Below are positions 50,861-64,000 of a stretch of DNA of 64,000 nt, piece by piece (position 1 is the first letter of the stretch; each line of letters begins with the position of its first letter). The stretch lies in assembly GCF_009914755.1 (NCBI RefSeq), contig NC_060932.1; one strand, 5' to 3'. The notes beneath the pieces are model-generated. The model saw nothing but the letters and a program-made list of their open reading frames with translations. It searched no databases and had not been told where the DNA came from. The position numbers and the translations under genes are program-made. The stretch is from the human T2T-CHM13v2.0 reference genome, Homo sapiens.

Positions 50861-53004
50861 GCAGATTCCACATTTCTGATGGTACACCATACCCTGCTCA
50901 GCCTGTACCTGGAGTTTCATAAAATATTTGTTTCCTTTTTATTTTCTTCTCTTCTTCTACCATGGGCAAGCCTCACCTAGGCCCCCAATCTTCTTGTTAG
51001 AAGCAGTTTGGGACCTGTCTGGACCTGAAGTCCCTTCGGAACCATCTGGCTTAGCTGGATTCTCATGTTTGATTCTGCCCTGCTGGTTCTCACACCACAG
51101 CAGAACAGGCTCTCCCTCTCCCACAGGGGAAGCCCTATGTATAATCGTCAATGGTGGACTTGACGAGCACCAATATAAAAGTTTGAAACTTATTCTCCTC
51201 TACTGGCTTGATATACAGACTGAAGTTTCCAATATCTAAATTAAGGTCTGATGTCTCCCAAAATATTCTTTAAAATATAATTAAATGACCTGGGAGTGCT
51301 GTTGTAGCATATAAGTCTACTTCTGGAAGAAACCCAAGAAATCATCTATTCAAATTTTCTCCCTAGTGTATGAATTGCTCCTACAATGTCTCAGTAAGCT
51401 TTTGTCTCAGTTTAGATTTTTCTGGAAATGATTAACTGACACTGTCACCCATTTTATAGGCATGAGTTTGAAGCCCAGCTAGACTATATAACAGCTATAT
51501 AATGTTGAGAACTTACATAAACACTTTTTGTCTAAATTTTTTGTCTGTAGAATGGGGACAATGAAAGAAACTCAGAGAGCTGTTAAGAGGACTAAGCAGG
51601 GTTACAAATTCAAAGATTAGGCAGGTAATTAATTGTATTCCATAGTAGAAGGTAATAGAAATGATGAGGAGAGTTCATTCCCTTATCAAAGGAGAAAACT
51701 CTACTGAGCTCTGGTATATAACTGCCCTGCCTGCAACAATGTGGGCCCAATAACATCACCAGTTCTTCCCACTTTTCTAGAAAAGCAGAAACTGGCTTTT
51801 TAAATGTGAAGTTTTTCAGTTATTGAACATGGCAACTAATTCCAATTTATTTAAACACTTAGACTATTTAAAAAAAAACATATCTGTAGGCTGGGTATAC
51901 CATAGGCTGCCACTTTGCAGTCTGTGGTCTACATTAATTAGCATAATGCACATGATAGGCACTCAATACTACATCATGAATTCATCACATCTGAAAACTT
52001 TGACATCAGATCATTGGGAGATGGGACTTGTTTGATTGGGTGGGTAAAAGCCCAGGGAAAAGGAGACTTAGAGTAACCAGGATATCGACTGCAGGCCCAG
52101 GAACTCTGCAGAAATTGTGGGGAACAAAACAGAGAACAGGGTGAGAGTGGACCAGCTATGAGCTCTGTGTCCTTCCCAGTCTGTCTGCTCTTACCCCTCT
52201 TGCCGATACTTGCTGGCTTTCTTGTACAACTGGCCAATCCCTGTACAGAAATAACTAATACAGGAGGAGTAGGGAGAGCGGGGTAGAAAGATCCTGCAGC
52301 TGGCCAGAGCCAGAAGGGCCCTGGCAGCGTCCTTAGAGTGAGCTAACTGAGATGAGAACAAAAAAGACATTGAGCTGGGAGCCAAGGAAGCAACTTTCTC
52401 CCTGCCCCTATTCCCGATGGCTTTTCCCCATGAGCAACTCTGAGCCTAGCCAAATACTTTCTATTCGGGTGGGTTGCAGCTGTCCCACACACATTCTAAA
52501 TAAGGGCCAGTCGAGCGGTTCCTATTTTTAGCACTTTAATGTGGATGCAAAGGTCACTAAGATTCCCCATTTGCTGGCTCGATCCCTCGCTTTCTTTATT
52601 TCTCTTATTTTCCTCCTAAAATATATGTTTTCTCTTCTACTGAACTAAAGTAAGAATTCTGGGGGATGAGGGACCCTGAATTTTACTTCCTCTTGGCTGC
52701 ATTCCTTATAATTGCCATGGGTTGGGTGATATATCTAGCCTGTGGCGTGCAAAGTCATGTACCGACTTTGGGAAACAGCATTCCAGACTTGGACCAAAGC
52801 CACTCCTTTTGCTCTCTTGAGCATAAAGAGATGCTTAAAGTAGAAAATAGCCTTAAAGCAACTCTCATCTAACCCTCCAAGTATACAGTTGACAGCACTG
52901 AGGCCTAGTAAGGTGAATTTGTTTATTACTATCTAACATTAATAAGAAATATTACTATTGCTTATATTCATGGAAGGTTTTCCTGTACTGAGCACCTTAC
53001 ATGG

Positions 53005-53423
53005 TGCATTGATTTATTTTGTGTTGCTCTAAAGGAATACCTGAGGCTAGGTAATTTAAGGAAAGAGGTTTATTTGGCTCACGGTTCTGCAAGTTGTACA
53101 GGAAGCATGGCACTGGCATCTGCTTCTGATGAGGGCTTCAGGGAGATTCCACTCATGGTGGAAGGGGCAGGGGGTGCCGACAAGTTACATGGGAAGAGAG
53201 GGAGCAAGAAAGAGCAGGGAGGTATTTCATGCTCTTTCAAATAACCAGCTCTCACTTGAACTAATAGAGCAAGAACTCACTCACTACCTCGGGGCGGGCA
53301 CCAAGCCATTCATGAGGGTTCTGCCCCCATGACCCAAACACCTCTCACTGGACCCCCATCTCCAACATTGGGGATCACATTTCAACATGAGATTTGGAGG
53401 GGACAAACATCCTAACTATATCA
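53005..53423 (-). mobile_element. MSTB-like MaLR solo LTR
   Basis: TG...CA termini with perfect 5-bp TSD catgg at 53000-53004 and 53424-53428; splits a MIR. Confidence 0.9.
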
Positions 53424-53813
53424 CATGGATTTCCTAATTTAGTTCTCACAACCAAACAAGGCATCTATTTCAATTATTCCCATCTTAGAGATGACAAAAC
53501 TGAGGTTAAGCGGTTTAAGAAATGTGGCCTAAGTCACATGGACTGGTAATGAGCCCTAAAGACATTTAGGATGCTGATTCCAGTTCTTTAACTCTTTCCA
53601 GAACCAGTGCTCAGTGTATAGATTCTCTCTCTCCTCTGTCTCTCTCTCTCTTTCACACACAGACACACACAATTCTCAGCATGGCCCTTTCATGCTTTTC
53701 TTTGGAAGCCATGATGTGTTTTCAGAACATGAGGGCAATCTCGTGAAAGCCCCCATTTAGCCTGAGAGGCCGAGGAGCTGCTTGATACAGTGGAGAGTTT
53801 TGACCCTATTTAC

Positions 53814-54030
53814 CTGTTCTCAGGGTCGGCCAAGGCCATACTCCGAGTGACGTAGCACATTTTGAGGGGGATGCTTTTCCGGTCTCTGTGGAAGGAGAAG
53901 GACTGCGATGACGGGGGGTCTGAGGTGCTGCCCCCTAACCGAGGGGATTCAGGCGGAGGTGTTTCCCACCCAATCTCGGATACTGGGGATCCTTTCTTCA
54001 CATAGGGCGTGGCTTCTCGCATGTACTTCA
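53814..54030 (-). CDS. SNTB1: Internal coding exon (exon 2 by recall) of beta-1-syntrophin: end of PDZ domain, Pro/Ser-rich linker, start of the second half of the split PH1 domain
   Basis: Translation (V)KYMREATPYVKKGSPVSEIGWETPPPESPRLGGSTSDPPSSQSFSFHRDRKSIPLKMCYVTRSMALADPEN(R) is recognised as SNTB1. Minus-strand acceptor ttgtctttttccttgcag|TG at 54031/54030 and donor AACAG|gtaaat at 53814/53813. 217 bp, phase 1 in and phase 2 out, locally CpG-richer than the flanks. Confidence 0.95.
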
Positions 54031-54499
54031 CTGCAAGGAAAAAGACAACAAGTGCTTTTAATACATCACGGCTGAATTTCTGGGAAGTCTGATTGTGTTT
54101 CTGAAATAGACTTGCTTTGGATAAGCTCTTAATACTGAACTTCTTAAATTCTCAACGAGATTTTGAATTTTTGTTCCACTCAAGGTAATTATCTTATTAT
54201 TTAAATTATATAGCTCTGTGCATCTTAGAACTTGCTGTTATGATGTCCTACAGTTGAGAATTGTGTCTAGCTTTTTTCAACTGTGACAACTTTTGCACTT
54301 TCTGATTTTAAGTTTTGCATTCTGGGAAAAAGGCTGAAAACATGGGCAGAGAGTGAGAAAGTATAACTTAGGCTAAAAGATACGTTATTCAATATAGATG
54401 TAAGGAATATGGCAGCCACATTCATTACACAGGATGCCATTTTTCTGTTGAGAAACAATCATAGGGTTTTCAATTTAATAGTGTCAAGGAAACACATAC

Positions 54500-55020
54500 A
54501 AAGAAATATATATAAGAACACATTTTGTAGTGGCAAAAATGTGTAATAGCAAAAAAAATTATTTGTAAGAGCTGAAAAGTAGAAACAATGTAAATATCCA
54601 TTAAAAAGGAACAGATTAAATAAATTGTAAGACATTTATATCATTTAAAAAATGATATATATATCATTAATTCTTAATATATATCATTAATTCTTTATAT
54701 ATATATCTCTTTCTCTCTCTCTATATATATAGATGTAGATGTGTTGATGTGGAAAGACCTGTAAGATCTATTATTAGTGGGGATAAAAGGAGAAAGCAAA
54801 GCATATACTATAATATCTTTGTATATAAATTCATAAATATATGTGCTTATATGCCTACAATTATTTCTGGGTAGAAATATAAGAAATTATTAACACTAGT
54901 TAGCTGTGGGAAGTGGAAATAAAAGCCATAATGATTAAGAAATAGGCTTTTACTATTTATTTATTACTCTTTCATATCATTTTCATGTTTAACCATATGT
55001 GTGTATTACTTTTATAAATC
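54500..55020 (+). mobile_element. Old L1ME-like 3' fragment with TA/CT-rich expansion
   Basis: gaaacaatgtaaatatccattaaaaagg..attaaataaattg and gatgtggaaagacct. Confidence 0.5.
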
Positions 55021-58000
55021 TTAAGAAAACAAAAATAACTTAAGAAAACAAAAATAGCTTAAGAGCCCAGTGAAGCAGACTGAAGTTCTGCTCTTTGATA
55101 TATTTGCCTTGGTATCAAGAAGTATTTTTGCCTATTCTGAATTTGAGCATTTGGTCTTTAGGCAGCTTTTGGGTTAACAGGGCAACGAGATTCTTGGAAC
55201 ATGCAATGTAAACTTGCATATTCTTCTCTCTATCACCCACATACTCTGGTTCACTGCTGCCTCAGGAGATTGGGCTAAGTCCCTCACAGGTGTTTGTTAT
55301 TACAAATGGCAGTGAATTGGAATGAGAGCCAACTAGGGGGCATTTCCTCCAGATCTTTGATGAATCGGTTCCACCAACTAGTGCCTTCCCTGTGCAAGAC
55401 ATCAACAGGATTATAGAGACTACAGAGATGAACAATACACTCCAAACTCAGAGTTACAAAATCATGGGTGACTACAGTGTATGCTGTTGGTGTCCCATCT
55501 GGGACCCTTTTCCTATAGCCTGGTTGCTGTGTGTTGGGTGAGAACAACTCATAGCTGCCCCACAAATCTTGGCCCAACAGAAGCCGCTAAGCTCAGGAGG
55601 CTGCAAAGTCACTACCCAATCCCCCAGACAGATGCTCTGCTTCTCAGAAACCCACCTAAGATAGGACATAAGACAAAGTACACAAACTACGGCACAAAGT
55701 AGAATGAGCTATGTTTTATAAAAGGAATAAAATACCTTGGAAGAACCCATTAAAAAAAGGATCTAGGAGCACGAAAGACAGTTCAGGTTCACAAAAATTT
55801 AATTAGCAGTTCAAATATACCCAGATGCATGTAATATGGACCTTTATTGAGGGACTCAATCATATCAAAAATAGCCATATTAATACAAGACAGAGGAGCA
55901 GTCATTTAACACCAACACATATTTTCAAGGAAGATTTCAGGGTTTTAGTTGAATATAAGTGCAATTAGAAGAAAAGAGCTCCATGGTTGCTCCAAACCTG
56001 TTAGCACAGGTTGCAGTTACAGAAGGAGAAATATTATTCATGGACTGTGTATTTTAATAACTATTATTTATTTCTGGGCAAAATATTTAAAGAGGAACAC
56101 AGACATACTCATGAACAAATGCAGAAATTTAGGGGGACATATTGAAGCTGTCCGAGGCTGGAATAAATATACTTCTTTAGAAGATCCTAAACTTTTTCAT
56201 CTGTGAAACCATTTTAGTAGAAGCTAGTACACTGCTTAGCTTTGTATATTGTAGAATTATACTCATGGAAATATAGAAAATTCAAGTATTAGCTGAGATG
56301 AATTGAAGATTTTCATTTGATTGCATTATTATCCTTCTGAGTGGAGTAGGGATGAGTGTTGCAGGAGTGAGAATCCAGGGATGCTTCATGGGGAAGGTGC
56401 CATTTGAACTTGGCCTTAAAGAGTAGCTAGGACTTTAAAAAGTAGAGATAAGAACAATAATCCTTCCTTTACGTAACATGCTCTGCTTTATAATTTTTAT
56501 TGCAATTCCATAGAAAAGGTAAGTCAGGTCTCAATTTGGAAGAAGGATAGAGAAAGAACATTTACAATATACTTAATGATGTGCCAAGTATTGAATCAGG
56601 TGCTTTACATATCTACCCACATTAAGTTTCAAATGACCATTTAAGGTCTCATTTTATATACAAGGAAACTAAGGTCTAGAGAAGGTATGGATAAGGTATC
56701 TTTTATTTACCGAGCATCCATGTGTCCACGAGTTATACAAGAAAAATATTGCTATCTCTTTCAGACCTGCTAGAAAGAAATGCCTTGTAGGGCTATTCTT
56801 ATTGAAGTGAACACTAGCAGCATGACATAGGTGATCCCTTGTAGGTTAGTATTATTGTACACATCAGCACACTGATGCTCAGAATTTTAGCTTATGTAAA
56901 GTTATATGGCTAGTAAGTGGTGTAGCTAGAATTTGATTTCCCAGAGATAATATTTTCTCATGAGATCTGGCCATACCACCTAGATGAAGGATGCAAATGA
57001 CAAGCTAATAGGTTTGAGCTTTATTCTACAGGCAGTAGTGATAGTCGTGGTGATCTGTGAGTGAGAGAGTGGCAGAATCAAAGGTTAGCTTTAGAGAGAA
57101 CTCCTGGAAGGTGAGACTGGGTGTACTTAAGAGAAAGGATTAGAAGTAGATCCACCATTTCCAGGGCCATAGGGGTTAATGTCAGAGATAACCCAAGTAA
57201 CACTCTAAATCTCCACATAAGGGAAGAGTAATCCCAGAAATGTGTGGCTTTAGCCATTCCTGGGAAGAAGCATGGGGAGTATAGCAAGTCTTAGCCTAGA
57301 AACAAATATTTGCCAAATAACCCTTTCCTATGTGACACAGCACTAGGGGAATTTCCAAAGGACAGAAGACATGGCACTGCCTTGAAGAAGGGATATCCCA
57401 TTGGGAGTAATATTCTGCATATAGTAATCCTTTTAACTGGCCAATTGCAAATAAAGACAGAAAAAAATAAGGTAGGTGTGATAATTTTAAAATTTCACTC
57501 ATTCGGTCAAAACTTATCAGTCAATTTTCATGTGCTAAGAACAGTGCTGTCCATGAGGTATAATAAGAAATGGTCCATGATTAGAAGTTTAAGCCAGGAA
57601 AAAGGGAAGTATGTAAATGATATGAGTGCTTATGTTAAATCTCAAAACTGGATTAAGGAAATCTCAAGCTCGACAAATCTCTAGAGGCCTTGAAGAATCA
57701 AATGCAAGTCCTTTCTGGAGGAAGGCAACTTCATCCTAAGCTTCAAAGAATCCCCATGAATCATTTTAAAATGCAATGAGCAGGCATAAAAATCAAAGGA
57801 AATGTTGCATACAAGGAAACAACGTACCATGTGCAAGAACCAGCACTAAGGGCAGTAAGTCTCACGCATACTACAAAGCTATAGTATGTTTACAGAGACA
57901 AATGAAACCTTGAGAGAATCTTCCACAAATTCTTTAAAAGTGATTTAACATAGTGATAAAAAGAACCAAACAGAATGTTTAGTAATATTACCAGAATTGA

Positions 58001-59382
58001 AACTTCCATAGATAGACATGTCAGAAGAAGGAATTAGGGAGCTGTAGATAAGAAATTTTACAGAATGTAGCACAAATATACAAAAAGATGGAAAATATGG
58101 GATAGAGATGAACAGATGTGAAGGATAAAGTAAGAAAATCTAAATATGTTTAACTGGGCCCTTGGAAAGGTAAGGTATAGCGAATATGGCAGAGCCGAAG
58201 AATTTTCCCGATGCCAAGACACCAACCCAAAAATTCAAGAAACCTAATTTGGCTTTGCTGAACAATGCCTGTGAACTTCACCACCAAGAAAAATAGAAAT
58301 AAGGTATGATTCTTCTTTATACTTTGGATGGGGTAATGGCTTAGGTTTTTCTGTGTTTCTTCTGAGAGCTTTAGATATCACCTCTGCTTTTCACTAGTAT
58401 TGGGAGGAAATCTTAGCAAAATCCCTAAATGAGTCTTGAAATCTCCAGAAAATAAATTTTCAATTTCAAGGAATTAAATGAGGCTAAAAGACTATCGTCA
58501 CTGTCCCTAAGGAAGATATACTGAGGTTCTGGTAGTTTTTTTCATATCTATCCTGAGGGAGAATAAGTAACATCCACACATCCGTTCTTAAAATCCCTTT
58601 GTCCATCCAGGAGTCCTGATTTTTTTTGATATGTATAGAAAATGAAGAAGTTTGTTATTGTGTATAATAAAAAAAAAAGCAAAAGAAGATTGCCATTGGA
58701 TTTCTTCAAGAACCCATAATTTCTGGTACAGAGGAAGTAATAAAATGGTCAAGATGGTCCTTCTTGCTGGAAGAGACTCCAAGTCATTTTTACAAGGCTT
58801 GGCTATCAATTGTAGACATAATTGTACTGCCAAGCACTCCTGTCCCCAATCACCAGTTGAGGTCTGAGACTAAGCAGCCCCAGGCAGGGAGTGAAAGCAG
58901 GGTAGCCATGCTTGGGTGTGGTAAAGCAGTGGCTCTAATTGGAAATAGAGTGTGTGAAAACTTCATGGTTCTCTGTTCATTAGTGTCCTGAAATTTCTAT
59001 ACCTGGCAATCAAAATAGTTAGGATATCATCTAATTCAGGGAAGGGAAGGTGTTGCCTAAGAATAGATTTATCTATAATAGGCAGCCAACATTAGTGTAT
59101 TAAGCAATACAGGAGTTTGTTATTCATTTGTCAAAAGTCTAGAGTGAAAGAAAAGGGCTGCTAGGGCAGCTCTGCTCCCTGAAGTTGTCAGGGACTCAGG
59201 CTTCTGCTTCCTGACTGCTCTGTATCCCTGGTGTGCTGTCTAATGATCCAATATGGCTGCTGAGTTCCAGCCATCACAACCAAATTCCCATTAGTAGGAA
59301 AGACGAAGAAGTGAAAAACACACCATCCTTCTTGCTTTAAGGCCACTTTTCAGATATTGACACGCTATTTCTGCTTACAACC

Positions 59383-59805
59383 TGATATGGTTTGAATATT
59401 TAGCCCCTCCAAATCTCATGTTGAAATGTAATCTCCATTGTTAGAGGTGGGCCTAGTGGAGGTATTGGATCATGAGGACAGATCCCTCATGAATGGCTTA
59501 GCGCCATCCCCTTGGTAATGAGTGAGTTCTCACCCAGTTGGTTCACTTGAGATCTGGTTGTTTAAAAGAGTCTGGGACCTCCCCCTTCTCTCTCCCTTTG
59601 TCCCATTCTTGCCATATGATGTGCTGCTCTCCCTTTGCTTTCCACCATGAGTAAAAGCTCCCTGGGGCATCACCAGAAGCCAAGCAGATGGTGGCGCCAT
59701 GCTTCCTGTCCAGCCTGCAGCACCGTGAGCCAATTAAACCTCTTTCCTTTATAAATTACCCAAGCCCAGGTATTCCTTTATAGCGATGCAAAATGGATTA
59801 ACACA
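59383..59805 (+). mobile_element. MSTB-like MaLR solo LTR nested in an older MLT1J-like LTR
   Basis: TG...CA termini with perfect TSD caacc at 59378-59382 and 59806-59810. Confidence 0.9.
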
Positions 59806-60278
59806 CAACCCATTGGCCAGAACTTACTCACATGGCCACTTCTAGGTGGAAAATAAATTTTTTCTTTATTCTTGACAGCTCTATGTCCACCTAGCTAAAA
59901 ATGGTAGGGAGAGGTGGCTATTACTGGGGAAAATGAAGAGAATAAATATCTGGAGACAACAGAGGAATTCTCTCAGGACTTATTCTCTCAGGACTTAGCA
60001 TAAATAGATTTTACAACACATAAATACAAAGAAATGTGTTAGAACAATCAATTAAAAAAACATGACTATGTTCCATATACTTTGCCAAGTGTTTTTTGTG
60101 TACTAACTCATTTGAACCTCACAACAATATAGGCATTATAATCATCCCCCTTTGGTCATTCGCCCAAAGTCAGTGTTGGAAAATGGCAGAAGCATGAGGT
60201 GAATCCGGGTAGACTGGCTCTACAGTCCTTAGGTTCAACCAGGAAGCAATACTGATTCTCGCTCTGAAAAAAAATTGC

Positions 60279-60318
60279 GTGTGTGTGTGTGTGTGTGTGT
60301 TTGTGTGTGTGTGCGTGT
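60279..60318. repeat. (GT)n microsatellite
   Basis: About 20 GT units with two interruptions. Confidence 0.95.
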
Positions 60319-63246
60319 ATTTAAGTCAATATTTTTATGTGCTGTGAGAAAACATCCAATTAAGAGGCTATTGCCTGTAACATGAGAGAGTTTGATTTTG
60401 TAAGCTTGAACTATTAAACTATGGCATTTCAATAAATGCCTTTTAAGACACTATAATATGTATTCATAATAGAGGGTTTAACCTGGCAGAACTGAACCAC
60501 TAGTGTCTGCATAATTATACTTCCATGTGCTTACCGGCAGTAATTTCAGGCAAAGAGCTGTTGAAACTGATTTGAAGCAGCCAGGCCCAGGTTCAGGGTG
60601 CCTAGTAATCAGAACTAATTAATAAACCATGTCCTTTTTGGGCATCATGATTTAAAAGCTGTGCTTTAGAAATTAAAATTCCAATCTTCAGTTGTAAGAA
60701 AAGGGGCGGAGAGGAGTCAGAGGTGCTCTTCAAACCAATAATCCACCAAGCCACTTTCAATATGTTTGTGTTTTTCATTTGAAGGACAGGCAGTTGTGAA
60801 TATTCCAAAAGAGCATTCAGTAAAGTACAAATTTGCTAAGGCTCCAAGTTGCCACAACTAAATCTTTGTTGGGTTGGCCAGATGACATTTGAAAGAAAAA
60901 GCACACAGGCTACTAATGAGGAAATGCTTTAGGCAAATCCAATCAACTCTCCTACCAGACTGGTTTCTAAGGAGCCGGAAAGTCCGTCTGATGTGTTCAA
61001 GTTTTCTTAAAAATAACAACAAACACAACAACAAAAAAAGAATTTCCAGATTACAGGAAGGAAAAAAAATTCATTGCTTTAGAGGATGTAAACACAAATG
61101 TGGAGTTTTAAAAATGTGATTAAGGAGAAAGGGGATTAGCTGGAGGCAAGAAACCTGGGTATTCAGACTTCTGGTGAAATGTTCAAGCTGGGGACAGGTT
61201 GGTGACAGTGGGAATTGCCAACAAAATGCAATATAAGATTTACCCTCAATGGCATTTTCCCAGGTCATCTTAGGGAGGAAAGATGCAGAGAGAGATCATC
61301 AATATTTTCAAAAAGACCAAGAAATGATGAAAGAGGTACTATGTTTCTCAGAAGTTATAGCTAATGTCTCGAGAGGCTGAATGATGCAGAGGAAGGAGAA
61401 TTGGCCCTGGGAGTCTGAGACCTGGATTACAGTTCCAGCTCTGCCACTAACTAGCTCTCCAGCCCTGGGCAAGTCACTTCCCTTGCCTGGATCTCATTTT
61501 CTTCGCCTGTCAAAGGAGGGAAATAAGGTCCCTACCCTTCAAACATTCTCTGATTCCTTGGGAAGCTGCCTTTTCTGACAACATTAAAAAAAGAATGTGT
61601 TTTACCTCATCTTGCTACTTATGTCATCACCAAGAAATAGCCCTGTTCAAATGTGTGCCACATTCTAGACAGAGGCCTTAAGCAGATGTGTCTTCTCACT
61701 TTTTAACCAAAACCTACAGGCACCTGACAAATAGGAATATAAGCCCACATTGAGATTATGTTCTCAAGTTACTTTTTCTTAGGTTTGGCAGCATTATCTA
61801 GAAGAATCATTATTTTCATTCAGTTACCAATATTTATTTTACTTCCATTCTGCCAGCTGAATCCTGGCATAAATACATCTGGAAGGGAAGAAGCATTTGA
61901 AGGATGGCCAAAATGTTCTGAAGAAGTCATAGGACGTTCTTGGAGAGGGGATTGAGTTTTAAAATGTGGAGTTGAGAGTAAAATAAACTAGGTATGAATT
62001 TGTTAAGTAATCTTCCGCCTCCAAAGAAAAGATTATCTCAAAATTGTCCTATTTTAGACTAATCCACTCATTCAATGTGACCTACCTTGATTCTTCAACA
62101 AAGCAAGATAATTGATGCCAAAGTAAGGCAATGGACCCACAGAAAGTATCCTATCTCATGAGTAATCCTATCCATCCAGAGCACACTGATTGGTTTAGTT
62201 ATTAATTAATTCAACAAATGTTTAATGAGCTCTTTCTGTAGGGAGGGCCCTGAGTATTGGAATAGTCACAGTGAATAAGACCGACTGGCTCCCTACCCTT
62301 AAGGTGCTTGCATTCCAGTACACATGTGCCTGTTGCGGCACAGGGTGGAGACATTAAACAAGCAGACAATATAGGGCATTGCTCAGAAAGTGACATGCAC
62401 TAGAGGACAGGAGCCCGTCCCCTTTCACACAGAGCCACTCACCATCTGGCACCTGCCTACTTCCTGACCTAATCTTAGCTGACTTGTTCTGCACAGTTCA
62501 CATGCAAGCCACAGAGAAGTACTGTTTAATTCGCTGAACATGCCATGTTCTCTCCTGCCTCTGTTCTTTGCACATGTGGTTTCCTCCACGTGGAAACCTT
62601 TCTGGAAAACTCCCTACATCCTTTAAACCTCATGCTGGGTAAGACCTCCTTTTCAAAGTGCTCCTGACACCTCAGGCATGCCTCCCTTAAACACCAGCTG
62701 TGCTTTGTAGCAGCTTCCACTGATATCAACAGCATCAGGACCATAAACATCGTGATGATGGCTTATTCCACGCCAGGCACTGGGCTGATCAGCTTACAAA
62801 TATTTAAAAGAACCCTTATATTTATATGCAATTGTTTGCATAATAAGTCTTTCTAGTAAAACCATAAGGTCCTCAAAGTTGAATGACTACTTTACAAACT
62901 CTGGACTCCGGAGCCAGACTATACAGTTCACATCCCAGCTCTGTCACCTGCCAACTATGTAAGCTTGGGAAAATTTCCTTACCCTTTTGATACCTTCACT
63001 TTTCCATGTGAAAAATGAGGATGCATAGCCATTCTTACCTCAGAGAATTGTTATAAGGTTATGAGGATTAAATGACTTAATACACACAAAGGGCTTGGAA
63101 GAGTGTTTAGTACATAGAAAGTACTCATTACTGTCAGAAAAAATAAAAACTCAGGGACATGCAATTAGCACAACTGTCTGGCTACAAAACATGGAATTGT
63201 GAGCAAATGAACAACAAATAGAATCTCCACAACATAGTTTCTCATA

Positions 63247-63580
<334 letters not shown>

Positions 63581-63699
63581 TAACCAATCTTTATTACAGA
63601 TCAAGTAGCAGAGGCCAGAGAGTATCAGTCACTTGCCTAAGGTTACAAGACCAAAGAGTCACAGATGAGGGTCAGGAACCCTGCACTCTATCCTGTAAA

Positions 63700-63920
63700 A
63701 TGGAGGTAGGCAAGATTTTTCCTTAAAAAGCCAGAGAAAAAATGCTGAGGGCTTTGTGGACCTTAGAGTCTCTGTCATAACTTCATTTTGCCATCGTTGC
63801 ACAAAGAGGTCACAGGCTGTATACAAATACACCAGTCTGGCAGCATTCCAACAACACTTCATTCACAAAAACAGGCAGAAGGCCAGGGTGGACCCACGGG
63901 CTGTAGTCTGCCAACTCCAG
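63700..63920 (+). mobile_element. MER58A-like hAT MITE
   Basis: ggcaagatttttcc..aaaagccaga...cacaaaaacaggc...gctgtagtctgccaactcc. Confidence 0.65.
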
Positions 63921-64000
63921 CTTTAAAACAATAACAACAACTAGCAATTATTGATTACTTACCACGTGTTGAACCTGGCTCTAAATGTGTAAAGTATGCT

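Noticed and set aside
55284-55702. 97-aa minus-strand ORF and overlapping ORFs upstream of the exon
   Set aside because: No recognisable protein family, non-ATG start and no convincing splice pair.

Overview
Primate (very probably human) genomic DNA lying entirely inside the SNTB1 (beta-1-syntrophin) gene, which runs on the minus strand. The only host coding sequence is one 217-bp exon (53814-54030, minus, AG/GT bounded). The rest is intron, dominated by interspersed repeats: a full-length ~6.0 kb L1PA2/L1PA3-type LINE-1 (intact ORF1; ORF2 of canonical length broken only by two nonsense codons), a neighbouring 5'-truncated L1, a full-length Tigger1, a two-LTR MaLR provirus, solo LTRs, about 11 Alus, MITEs and old L1M/L2/MIR debris. 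I found no evidence of a new gene system, CRISPR array or RNA gene. The most unusual signals are repair or template-switch scars: (i) an insertion inside Tigger1 that is an inverted copy of the element's own left junction plus a fold-back; (ii) a ~240-bp L2-containing segment captured inside a younger Alu; (iii) a tail-less Alu that still has a TSD; (iv) an unexplained 59-bp direct repeat 1.6 kb apart. An inverted pair of MST LTRs also brackets the SNTB1 exon. Repeat subfamily names come from recalled consensus sequences, not from a search.
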